Translations under genes and position numbers: made by a program | Shown: piece by piece, positions 51,140-64,000 of the stretch | How the letters are laid out: each line of letters begins with the position of its first letter | How positions within the stretch are numbered: position 1 is the stretch's first letter | The notes under the pieces: model-generated | What the model saw: only the letters and a program-made list of their open reading frames with translations | What the model was told of the DNA's origin: nothing | Databases searched by the model: none | Assembly (NCBI GenBank): GCA_964187785.1 | Contig: OZ076409.1 | Location: 64,668,001 to 64,732,000 of the forward strand | Direction: 5' to 3' | Length of the DNA: 64,000 bases | DNA from: Amphiscolops sp. MND2022 | Taxonomy: Eukaryota

Positions 51140-52290
51140 CACTTCACTGTTTACCAAATCAGTAGAAAACGACGGCACAATAGACAAAAATAGCTATTAT
51201 ATTGATCAGCTAGATATAGCAAAGAACTTTTTTACAACTCGTCAGTAAATTGTAGAAACGAGGCTTTCCTGTGAGCATCTAGTTGTCACGCAGACTTGTT
51301 CTCTGGCCAATTGAAGAACGCGTTGCGAAGAATCTACTCACATATTTGTGAAAACCTCTTCAAAATTTTCCAGGACATAAAGAAAAAGTGAAAGTGTGTA
51401 TATGTTTAATACGTGCATCTTTTAATGCATATTTATAAACGACGGGGTGAATATGAAACGCTTAAAATGTCACCGTACGTACTTAGGATGATTTTTCTTG
51501 TAAATAATGCTGATATGGTTCTCTTTGGGCATTTTCAATCATCCCTAGGTATATTTCTGCTTCACTGTTGCTTCGTAATAAAATGTAGCAGTTAGCGGCC
51601 GTGCATATGCATTGTACCAAAAAAGACACCGACTTTGGTATCACTGATGGCAAAGGCTGACTTTATCAAATAGACTGCAATACTCGTTGTTTTTAGGTTA
51701 TGTGAGCAACGTACTCTCTGAATGAGAACTTTTTATCACTATAAACACCCAAGTACTTCATTGTTCAGAACGTTCAGTTTTCCCCATGGCAAAATTCATG
51801 CTCTCACATTTTGATGATTTTGGGATCGGACGGATCAGTCGCTGATTTTAATTTGACGGAATTAGTCGCTGACTCGTTCGAGAGCAGAATTTAAATCGGT
51901 TGCGTCTCGTTTTCTTGCCTTCATCATGTTTTTAGTCGGCGCTTTTCTAGTGAAAAGAACACGACAATTACAGTGGCTAGTTTTTTTTCTTTTTTTGTCA
52001 GACCACAGACCTCATCGTGTATGTACAACTTTTTAGTACAGACTTTACTCGGCTTACTGTAAACCCAGCGGTCACGGGTTCGAGTCCTTGCTTTAGCAAG
52101 AAACTTTTTCGAGCATTTGCGAAAGCGGACGAGACTGAAGGGTTACCTCTTTCAATTTTTTTTCGGTACTGTGCAAGTTTTTTTCGATTTTTTTTGCCTT
52201 CAAAGGGTCCCACCTTCTCATTTTTTGTTTTTTTTTTCAAGTATTTTTGAAAATTTTTCGATAAGTTTTTTGTCTCCAAAGGGTCCCCCT

Positions 52291-55200
52291 TGAACAGTAA
52301 GAAGAACTTAGAGGACAAACTGTTATGAGATTTATCCTATTTATGTAATTAGTCTCAAGTACCTGCTACCATTTTATCATTATTGATCTTACTCAGTAGC
52401 AAATGATTAGAGAAAATATACAGTTTTGTTACGATACTAAATTCTTATAATCTGAAGTTAGAACGTGGCGCAGTCAGTGTCAGTTTAACTGACAATTACA
52501 ACGGAACTAGCTAACAACTACCCACTGCAAACAACTCAACGAATAAGCAATTCCACCAACACCTCTCCACAGACGGGAGGACAACAGAATCGGGTAACCG
52601 ATCACTCTACAAGCAGCCGATTGATACCCAATGAGACAACACTGAGAGCGGGTGAACGGACATGCACTCAGAAATTATCCATTCCAAGTCTAGAGAAACA
52701 TCATAGTTCCAGTGCAAGTCTTTGGTGGCGGACGTTTGTACAATACATCAAAATGACAAAAGACAGCGACTTGTCAACTATGACAATTCGAAAGAAATAC
52801 TGCCACAATTCCGTGACCAATTGGAACTCGAGATAAAAGATACATTCCTATGGGCGATCGGACAACGTGCACTCACAGAAATGAACAAAAACGGTGAGAT
52901 AACGGGAACCCAGCGCCTTACCGTTACATAATCTGTACACTCTTTTCCGACTGCACTTTACCCCAGAAAGGAATGTAGAACATAGCCGGACCGATTTGTT
53001 TGATTAAAAAAGAGAAACTAACGAAACAGCCGCAGATGTATGGAAAAAAATCTAAGACTTCGAAAAGAATTGCGAATTCGTGACAACAACAGCAGCAGCC
53101 AATTTCATAGCTTCAAAACTCAGTAATAGGAAATTCCACGGGGATTATGAGCTAAAGAAAGAGATCCGAAGAGTGATATGTCTGTAGAACCAATCAGAGA
53201 CGCAGTACATGAATATATGTACGAAAAACTAAACGAATCACCTGAAACAGAAGAAGAAACAAAAATCAGACACATGGACAAAAATAATTAAAAAATAGTA
53301 AAGAACAAATCGAACGATACTCGAAATAAGACGACTAAACTGCAATAAACAAGGAGCACCTAACTGGTCCAAGAAACATGAATGTCCCGCAAGAGGTAAG
53401 AAATGCATCAAACTAGGTAAATTGGGACATTACGCAAAATGTTGCAGATCAGCCAGGAAAATGTACCATATAGCTGATGAAGAAGCATACAGCGCAGATG
53501 AAGACGACTGGATACCAGATGGAATACATTCAATTCAGCGATAGATACACTCAATGGGATCAAAAAGCAAGAACGAACTACCGTTCTACACCAAAACATT
53601 ATTGGTTAATAACCGACCAATAAAATTCATCGTCGATACAGGTTTTCCGGTAACAATAATACCGAACACAAGATTCAACAAAATAACCACAATTGGACCG
53701 GTATTGGAAGATTACCGGGATATAAACGACAACAAAATAAAGTTCGAAGGTGAAAGCATGGCCAAAATCGAAATCGACGGTAAAGTTAGAGAACTGGAGC
53801 TATTGATAACAACCAAACAAACACATCCATTACTCGGACTCAACTGAATAGAAAAACTGGGTATAACACTGAAAACAGAAGCTCCACACCAAACAGTCAA
53901 TCACATTGCCACTGAAAACAGAAGCTCCACACCAAACAGTCAATCACATAAACAAACCGGACCTAGTCAACAACAGACCGAACGCAGACATAAAAAAACT
54001 AAAAAATAGGTTTCACAATTTTTTCACAAAAAACCACAGAATAAAAAATGTAGAATTAGATATCCAACTAAAAGAGGGATCAAAATTGTTACAGCAAAAG
54101 GGTGGGCCATCCCTATTCACTTACAACCCGCGGTAGAAAAAGAAATAGGAAAACTGAAAAAAAGGACACATCGACAAAGCAAAAAACATTGACGAAATCT
54201 GAACTGTTTAGTAAGCCCAGCGGTGATTACAATCAAAAAAGATAAATCGGTGAAAATAGCATTAGACTCAAAAAAATTGAATGAAATAACTATAGAAAGA
54301 AAGGCACAAATGCCAAATATGGAAGAATTAGTACCAAGAATTTCCAGAAAAATACCAGACGGAGCAGCGGATGAAATCCAGATTTCCAAATTTGATCTCG
54401 ACTACCAATACGGCCTATTACAAACAAATCTCAAAGAGAGCAATGGAACTAAGCATATTTGCAGTTACCGGGGGGGAATTTTCACTGGATACTATTGGTT
54501 TTTAAATGGCTTTTACGGGCTAGCGGATATCCCGACGAAATTACAAGAAAAAATTGACTGAACACTAGAAAACATACACCCAGTCTGGCCGGAAGACATA
54601 ACAAAAGGCTCCAAACAAAAACATATGGACGAGTTAATGGACGTACTATCCAAATTAGAGAACACAGGCTACCGCCTGAGCGAAAGCAAACCCAAACCAT
54701 TCAAAGCAAAAATAGAGTTGATTGGTCATAAAATAGACCAGAACGGAATCCGATTGTTGCAGGACAAATTATTCGCGATCAAGGAGTTGAAAACACCGGA
54801 AAACGGAAAAGAAATAAAGTCTTTTTGGGGGGCAATTTAATACTTGTCCAAGTATACTGAAAACCTTTCAGCTCAAACGGACATTTTGAGACAACTGCTC
54901 AAAAAAGAGACCAAGTGGGAATACACTGAAGAGAATACAAAAGCATTTGAAAATTTGAAACAAAAAATCGCGGAGATACCGTGCCTGGCACACTATAATT
55001 CGAACTATCCAAATATTAAAGCAACGGACGCAAGCACAAGAGGCCTTGTGGCCACGCTCTGGCAAGATAAACCAGACGGTAAATTGAAACCGATTGGATT
55101 TGCCAGTCGCTTCTTTTCCAATACGGAAAAATATGCCATTATTGAATTCGAAACACTCGTGGTGCTTTGGGGACTTGAGCGTTTTGACCTACATTTTTAC

Positions 55201-58200
55201 AGGAACCGATAAAATCGCTCACAGAACACCAAGCTTTCGAACCACTGATTAAAGGTAATCGTTCGAACAAAACTTACAGTGCAAGAGTAACGAGATGGCC
55301 GGACCGGCTAGCTCACTTCTCAAATAACGTAAGTCATATAGCCGGCAAGCACTTAGCAGTCACGGATGATCTCAGTAGAACTCCGTTCGCATCACCGCAA
55401 ACTGTTGACACATACGAAGAAGAATAGGTGATCAACAGCATCATATGGCATTACAAATTCATGACCAAATATGGTTGCCTTAGCAACCATCTAGACCAAT
55501 CACAAAGCGAGATATTACGTAACGAACCGAAACAAACCAAAACGCGTGAACAAACTGTCGTTGCTTGCCATAATCGGTCGACAAAAAGCTGCGTAAATTC
55601 CCGACTTACAAAAGGTAATTCAAAAATGGATGCACGCACCATCGACAACCTAGAACTCGCTGATCATTCCGCGGAAACCAGAAACCTGGTTACACACTGG
55701 CGAGACATAGTTAAACCCGGCGTCTACAGACAAGCCGGCGGCCGGTGGAAAAAACACCACGAGCCCAGATTGCTCCCAAATGAAAGACAAATCAAAGAAG
55801 AGCAACTACAAATAGCTATCCGGATCATAGACAACGGACAAACAAATCAGCCTCAGGGCTTCCAAGTACGAGAAAGACGGAATGAACAGTGGACAGTGGA
55901 TTCCTCCTAGTAGGTAGACCGCCCAAAACGCCAACAGCCACAACAAGATTACGATCCCGGACCGTCTTCAAAACAAACACAGTACACCCCGATAGAAGAA
56001 GGCGGAATTGGTTCGGAGACCAAGACCCGTCAGTATTGGAGGTCCCGGCAGTCAATTGGGCAAAATAGGTGGCCGTCAAGAGCGTCCAATACATAAAAGT
56101 GGGATACGCAACGAAAGTGGACGCAGAGGAACCAAATGATAGGGACCTGTGGAATGCCTCAGGGAGACAGAAAATCAGTTCGCCACGGAATTGCAATTAC
56201 TCATGACGGAGACAACAAAGGATCCCAGCCTACTCAAAACGCTCGTCTGCATAGTACGACAACAGCATAACGACATGCATGATGAACACTCCTTATACGA
56301 AAAGAAGCTATCAACCAGATACGGGCTGGTTTTCTACGAATACCGGATAATAGTCCCAACGAACCTAAGGAAAACCGTCATCAGCCACCTACACAAGGGA
56401 CACCCAGATACAAACAAAATATCAATGGCGGCGAGACAGTTCTCCGAAGCCATACCGAAGTCATACAGAAGAAATGCGGAAGTTGTGTCTCTTGCAAAAT
56501 GTCCGGTAAGAACATCAAACCTAATATACCTAGTACGGAAAAAAATACCACCAGTAAGTAGACCAAACAAATAAATCCAATTGCATTTCATCGGTCCAAT
56601 CACTGAGAAGAACCATAGATTTCATATCATGCTCTCTAATAACCGGCTTAGTAAATGACCGGCAGTCAGTTTCTGCAAAACAACTTAAGACCAGACAGCG
56701 GTCACGTTCTCGGAACTATATATAAATCTGAACGGCGAACCCATAAACGATTAGAAACAATTAGAGACAAGGATGAGGCGACCGCGTTTGTTTGGAGAAT
56801 TTTGCAAAAACTACCAAATAAACGTGATATACGGCACACCGTATATACACACACCTACAGGACTAGTCAAACGGGGCGTTATAACGTTAAAGGAAATGTT
56901 ACAAACAAACATAAAAACAGGCGAAAAATTCGGTAAAGAACTAGATATCGCACTGGATGTAATGCGGCAAACTCCCCACACACAATTAAACAAAACCGCA
57001 TTCGAGCTACATTATAGTCGTGAACCAAATGAGGGAATCAGTGATTTATGAAATCCGGACGGGTTGAAAACAATAGCGAAAACGTGTATTTCAGCAAAAT
57101 CAGACACCCTACAGGTGTACTCGTTCAACGGATCTGACAGTGTTTTCGACTGATGAAGCAGAAGAAAGGATCTAAACGAGTTACAAATTATCTCTTCTTT
57201 TTTCACGAAAAAAAAGTAAAACCGAAAATTGACTGTGCATATTCCAATAAAATCCAACTGGCTGTATCGGGACCCAATCACGCTGTTACGACGGCCGATA
57301 ATAGAATCTTACATAGAAAACATAAATAAACCTATCTCTGAACTAACACAGGAACCCAACAACAGAGGAACAGTGCCACGTGGACCGGATGGCCGGTTTA
57401 TGAAATCTCCCCCGGCCATTCACCATACACGACTCGGACAACGAATCCGAAGATTCGGAACCGGAGACTCCAGCCACAACTAACCAGAAAAAAGCGGCAC
57501 ACTGGGAAGAGGATACAACCACCAAATGTCGGACTCACCAGGGGTCACCACAAAGAAGCCAGTCGCAAGCAATTACTGGACCGTTGACCATAGTGGCGGA
57601 GAACATGACAAAGAAGATGTAGACCGCGCTATTGAGGATGCTAAAAAGGCAAATACAGAGCTACATATTAAAAACAACAACGGCAAGGTATTTCAAAATA
57701 ATTTTGAAATCCCCGAAAGAGGGGAGGAAGACGAAGAAATAAGGAAATTGGACAAAAATTCTGAACTAGAACTGTTAAGCAATGTAGCAATGTTAGCTCA
57801 AGCACCGGAATAGAACAACAAACAAAAGAATATAGTTTACGTAGATCAAAACGGTTGACAACAACGAACCCGGTTGTTAGACTAAATAACCCAGGACCTT
57901 CCGATCACAGGAAATACAGTCAAAAGACTAAACAACCGCGAAATAACACCAGACACCAGAGACAACAACTAAATGCACCCGATGAACGAGCCTGTCCAGA
58001 AGGAAACCACAATGACCGGACCACAACCATGGATACAGCGCGGATTACCGCGGCGATACATTTGCTTGGGCCGGACAACCGCCACCAAAGAAAACAACAT
58101 CCACTATTTGGCCAATTCTTGCCCAATTGCAGAGAGTCGAATGAAGAGTAAGAAGAACTTAGAGAACAAACTGTTATGAGACTCTATCCTATTTAGGTAA

Positions 58201-58307
58201 TTATTCTCAAGTACATACTATTAATCTTACTCAGTAGCAAATTTTAGATCAGAGATAAAATACAGTTTTGTTACGATACTATATTTTTGTATTCTGAAGT
58301 TACAACA
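52291..58307 (+). mobile_element. Full-length decayed Gypsy family C (Mag-like)
   Basis: LTRs 52291-52465 and 58142-58307 (TGAA...TACAACA); perfect CCCCT TSD; PBS TGGCGCAGTCAGT at 52466; gag, VDTG protease, RT, TDAS RNase H and LHKGHP integrase with many stops and frameshifts. Confidence 0.93.
53867..53949 (+). repeat. 40-bp perfect duplication with a 3-nt spacer inside pol
   Basis: CACTGAAAACAGAAGCTCCACACCAAACAGTCAATCACAT twice, separated by TGC; single in the related copy at about 62040. Confidence 0.9.
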
Positions 58308-60423
58308 CCCCTTCGTTTTTCAAAAATATTTTGCAACAAGCTGGATTTTCAAAAAGCCCGTAGGGTCCCCCCTTTTACAGTTTTGAAAACTTAGCGCTTT
58401 TTGAGCCTTAGATATAGCGCCGACTTTAGACGTTCCCGTCTTGTTTATAACTACAAATAGATCTTTTTCGTTATCTCTTCAGTCGGGTTGGTTCATATTG
58501 GTTGGGACAAAAAAGTTTTCAGTTCACTTTGTACAATAGTTTTTGAAATGTTTTTCTTTCTGATCAAAAATTTTTTATCACACGATCAAGGCAACAAATG
58601 GCAGTGTAGATGTTTCGAATTGCGAAGATTTAAACAAATTGGGCATTAGTTTATTTCGATTTTCCTGAAATTTCATCAGGCTTGCTTGCTTTTCAATTTT
58701 AAAAAAGTTCTGGAAAAATCTTCTAAATCTCACTGGTCTTTATTTACTCTGGTGTTTGAACATTATATTCCTTGCTAGGATTTTGTAAGAAAAATCAATC
58801 AATTTCTTGCCAGATTTTTTGTCACTTTGTTTTTAAAGAATATATTACAGACATGGATCGTGCAGGATTTTTCCAGGAACCCGTGAAAGTTGCATTACCG
58901 TTCCAGATTTTGAAAATTTTTGACAAGATCCTGGAAAAAAGCTATTTTTGTCAGCCAGAGTAACCTAAGCGTCCGATGTGTTTTTTTCCTCTCGCTCAAA
59001 AAGTTCATATGTCAGTTCCGCCAACAGTTACTCTGAAAAAACTCTTGGAAGAAATATATTCAACTTGAAGAATAACAACTCACTGCCTTGTTTGGATCCA
59101 GTGATAAAAAATTCTGAAGCTTAAATTTAATCATCGACATTTGCGTATCAGTCTGGCAAAAAATAAACTTTGCTTGACCTATAAGCTGCAATTTTTGAAG
59201 CCACATTCCGATTGAACTAACTCCTAAACTTCTTTGATTATTGAGTTGATTGCATGATTGTGTAATGCATGAAACTGAAAACAAACACATTTAACTTCAC
59301 TTTGTAATTTTCAAAAGAGCCATGCAAAAAAGAGAGACTTTCGAATATTCGTTTCGTAACTTTTCCGGATGCAGCAGTCAGCTGAAAATTAAATTCATTA
59401 AATGGGTCAATCCCCATAACCCGCCTTCATCCTCTTACTTGTAAGCATCTTTGACATTGGAATTCGACATGAAGAAATGTCTCTCGCATCCACGGAAGTA
59501 TTCTCGCAAGAAGTGCTTTGTAAGTGAGTGATTCATGTGCTCGTCCGAACTGGCTCAACCATTTTTTCTGACACCCCCTTTAAAAAGGAGTTCCATAAGA
59601 ACTATTCAACTCTCGTTAAAACATGCACGTTTTCGATAAACCTATATAAATTGTTCTGTAAACCGAAAGTCGGTTCGAGAACTATGGCCGCGTTATTAAA
59701 ACACAGGCTAAACTTTTTCAGAGTCATTTTTTGAGTCAAATCATTGAAATAGTCACATTGATGTAAAAAATTTCAAAAACGTTCAATTCTGGAAAAGAAC
59801 CAAAAATGGACCCAATTTTTTCCCGAAATTGTCGAAACTCAAGCATGAATTTTCAAGATAGTCTCGTATAACTTATATTTTAAAGGTAGTCGTTTTTTTA
59901 TAATTTTTATTATTTCACTGATTTTATTTAGAGTCAAATCATTGAGTTAGTCACATTGGTTTAAAAAAATCAAAATAACGGTCAGTTTTGAATAGAAACC
60001 TGATGAATCTGATTGGAAATGTTGACGAAGTCTGGAAAAAATTTCGGAGGTGTGAAAAAAAGCCTAAGTTGGCTGTCGATGGCGCTGTTGACAATCTTGT
60101 GGTTGTATTTCAAAGACTCGCCCTGAAGCAGCTTCTCTGGGATATCTTCCTCCACAAAGGTATCCAAGAAGAGCCGGTCACAGCTGTATGAGAACATATT
60201 TTCACAAGCATCTGAAACAACCGATCTGAAAAGTGTATCAAACTATGCATAATACCAATAGTATGCAAAATATCAGTACCTAAAAAAACCGTTTCTATAA
60301 TTTTTAGTTGGCGTTATTTAAATAGTAACAAGCTGAATGCTACAGTGGCTTCTCCAATCGCACACTGGAAAGTCATTTAGAATCATTTCTTCAATTTCTA
60401 AGAGGAATTTATCGTACTTCAGC

Positions 60424-63400
60424 TGAAGAATAAGAACAACTTAGAGGACAAACTGTTATGAGACACTAACTTTGCTATTCTGTTTATCTTTTTACTAAAT
60501 TAGTCTCAAGTACATGCTACCATTTGATTATGCTGTAACGCTAATCCTACTCAGTAGCAAATGATACGAGATAAGATACAGTTTTGCTTGTAATGTTAAA
60601 TTCTTGCATTCCCAAGTTACAACATGGAGCAGTCAGTGTCAGTTTAACTGACAATTACTCCAGAACAAACCATTATTAACGAGTATCCACTCCGAACAAC
60701 TTCAACGAATGGATGACTCTAACACCACCTCCCCACAAACGGGAGGGCAGCAAAATCGAACAACTGATCAATCTACAAGCAGCCGGTTAATACCCAATGA
60801 AACGACATTGAGAACGAGTGACCAGACATGTACCCTGAAATTATCCATCCCAAGTCTAGAGAAACATGATCGTTCCAGCGCGAACCTTTGGTGGCGGAAA
60901 TTTGTACAATACATCAAAATGACAAAAGATATAGACTTATGAACTATGACCAACTCGAAAGTAGTACTGCCACAATTCCGGGACCAACTGGAACTCGAGA
61001 TCAAAGATACATTCCTTTGGGCGATCGGACAAAAGTGCATTGACAGAAATGGCAAAAACGGTGAGAGAACGGCAACCCAGTGCATTACCGTTACTTAAAC
61101 TATACACCTTGTTTAGACTACACTTCACCCCCGAAAGGAATGTACAACACAGCAGTGCCGACTTCTTCGACTTGAAAAGAGAAACGAACGGAACAGCCGC
61201 GGATGTATGGAAAAGAACTTTTGACAATGAAAAGAGTTGCAAAATTGAAACCAAAACCGCACCTGAACTCATAGCTTCAAATTTCCTATCACTCATAAGA
61301 AAATCCAAGGGGGAGTATAAGCTAAAGAAAAAGATTCGGAAAAGTGACATGTCCGTAGAAACAATCACGGACGCAATACATGAATACATGTACCAAAAGC
61401 TAAACAAATCCCCTGAATCAGAGGGAGAAAAGCAAATCCGACACGTGGATAAAAGAAAATCAAAAAATAGTTCAGAACAAACCGAACGATACCCGAAAGG
61501 AAGACGACTAGACTGTAATAAATGAGGAGCAACTAAGTGGACCAAACAGCACAAATGTCTCGCAAGCGGAGAGAAACGGATAATATGCGGTAAATTGGGG
61601 CACTACGCAAAATGTTGCAAGTCATCCCGGAAAACAAACCATTTAGCAGACGAAGAAGCATACAGCGCAGACGAAGACGACTGGATATCGGATAGAGTAC
61701 ATTCTATCCAACAGCAGATAAACTCAATGGGAACAAAAAGCAAGAACGGACCACCGGTCTATACCAAAACAATATTGGTTAATAACCGACCAAGAAAATC
61801 CATTGTCGATACAGGCTCACCGGTAACAATAATATCGAAGAGAAAATTCAGCAACATAACTATATTCAGACCCGTAACGGAAGATTACCGAGACGTAAAT
61901 GATAACAGAACAAAGTTCGAAGGCAAAATGACAGTAAATGTCGAAATTGACGGTAAAGTGGGACAATTGGAGCTACTAATAACTAGCAAACAAAAAAGCC
62001 CGTTACTCGGACTCAACTGGATGGAAAAACTGGGGATAACAATGAAAACGGAAAATCCACAAGAAACAGTCAACCGCATAAACAAACCGGACCAAACCAA
62101 CCGCAGACCGGACAAAAACATAACAATGCTGAAAAATAAGTTCCATAAACTCTTCACAAAAAACCACACCACAAAAAACGTATAAGTAGAAATTCCATTA
62201 AAAGAAGGAGAGAGACTGATACAGCAAAAAGGCAAACCGACACCTACTCACTGACAACCCGCGGTGGAAAAAGAAATTGAAAAACTGAAAAAACAAGGAC
62301 ACGTCAAGAAAAACAAAAAACATTGACGAAACCTCTTTGGTAAGCCCCGCGGTGATCACAATCAAAAAAGATCAATCGATAAAAATAGCATTAGATTCAA
62401 GAAAAATGAACGAAATAATGATAAAGGCACAATTGACAGAAACCAATTTCGCGAATTTCCAGAAAAATAGCACATGGACCAGCACACGAAATCTGGATTG
62501 CCAAATTCGATCTCGACTACGCTTACGGCCAATTACATACAACTCTCGAAGAGAACAATGGACGTATGCATCGTTGCGGTCACTGGAGGGAATGTTACCG
62601 GATATTACTTTTTATTTAAAGGGTTTTACGGTCTAGCGGATATCCCAACGATACTCCTGGAAGAAATCGACCAAACATTGGATACCAAACACCCAGCTTG
62701 GCTGGAGGACATGATAGTTGTAACAAAATGTTCCAAACAAAAACATATGGACGATTTGATAGATGTAATATCAAGATTACAAAACGCGGACTACCAAAGC
62801 AATTCCAAGCTATTCAAAACTGAAAAGTAATGGATCGGCCATAAAATATAACAAAACTGAATTCGATCGTTACACGATGAGTTACTCGCGATCAAATAAC
62901 TGAAAAAACCGGAAAACGACAAAGAACTAAAATCATTTCTGGGCGTAGTTCAGTACTTGTCCAGATACATTGAAATTTTTCAGCCCAAACGGATAGTTTG
63001 AGACAATTACTCAAAAAAGACACCGAATGGATATAGACTGAAGAATAAACAATAGCATTCGAAAATTTGGAACAAAAAACGACGAAAATACCGTGTCTGG
63101 TACACTATAATTCAAATTATCCTAACACTATAACAACGGACACAAGCACAAAAGGCCTTGGGGCCACACTATGGCAAGAACAACCGGATAGTAAAATGAG
63201 GCCAATTGGTTTAACCAGTCGCTTCCTTTCCGACACGGAAAAGAGGTATGCTATTAAGGAATTGGGGTTACTGGCGGTCGGATGGTCTGGGGACTTGAAC
63301 ATTTTCGCCTAAATACATACGGAAAACAGATCAATTTGCTTACGGATCATTAAGCACTAGAACCGCTAATTAAACAAAATCGGTCGAAAAAATCATACAT

Positions 63401-64000
63401 ACAGCACAAGGCTAACTAGATGGTTAGACCAATTAGTTCACTTTTCAATGAACGTGAGCCATATAGCCGGCAAACAATTAGCACTCAGGGATTATCTAGG
63501 AAGAAATCCGTTCGCACCACCGCTAGCGGATGACGGATAGCGATCAAGAATAGCTAATCAACAGCATCATACAGCACTACAAACTTAAGACCAAATGTGG
63601 TAGCCTCAGCAACCATTTGGACCAATCACAAAGCGAGATATTACGTAACGAACCGAAGCAACCCAAAACGCGTGAACAAACTGCCATTTCTGGCCCTAAT
63701 CAACCGAAAAAACTTACACAAATTCTCTTCCGACAAAAGACTATTTAAATTTGGACGCACGCACTAATGACAAAGAAATCGCGGACTCTTCCGCAGAAAC
63801 CAGAAAGTTGATTCCACGCTGGCGAAACATCGTTAAACCTGGGTTTATGGACAACCTGGTGGCCGATGGAAAAAGTACCAAGAACCCAGATTCCTTCGTA
63901 ATGACAAAAAGGTCATAGACGAGAAGTTACAGTTGGCAATTCGAAACATAAAGAACGATAAAACAGCTCAACACCAAATCTTCCAATAACAGGAAAGACG
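60424..64000 (+). mobile_element. Second decayed family C Gypsy, running off the window
   Basis: 5' LTR 60424-60624; PBS TGGAGCAGTCAGT at 60625; gag from 60709; VDTGS protease, RT and RNase H collinear with 52466-55880. Confidence 0.92.

Larger units (their letters stand above)
51929..58445 (+). mobile_element. HINE-like element (about 500 bp) split by a Gypsy insertion
   Basis: 5' TTTTTAGTCGGCGCT with a nearby partial inverted repeat; 3' AGCGCCGACT, then AGACG-TTCC-CGTCT stem-loop and TGTT. Confidence 0.72.

Noticed and set aside
59733..59990. About 60-bp imperfect direct repeat at 198-bp spacing
   Set aside because: Only two degenerate copies with no LTR or TIR hallmarks.

Overview
Repeat-dense eukaryotic DNA, probably from an invertebrate animal (species not determinable), built almost entirely of nested Ty3/Gypsy LTR retroelements. 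No host gene can be called with confidence. Left to right: (1) two young Mag-like Gypsy copies in tandem sharing a 240-bp LTR (1-11507); (2) a decayed Gypsy remnant, a 173-bp tandem repeat, palindromes and Helentron/DINE-1-like (HINE) fragments; (3) an old minus-strand LTR element (24807-33626) whose locus is duplicated next door as a chimeric solo LTR; (4) an RT-deleted Gypsy (37435-48260) whose integrase is split by a very young element (40060-46910); (5) two decayed copies of a third Gypsy family, one inside a HINE. The standout is the 40060-46910 element. It has 1950-bp near-identical LTRs, a 4-bp TSD, a PBS and a PPT but no gag or pol. Its interior carries two MATH/TRAF-like ORFs separated by a duplicated RNA motif that looks doubly pseudoknotted and shows a compensatory base change. 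All domain calls are by-eye motif recognition, not database searches.
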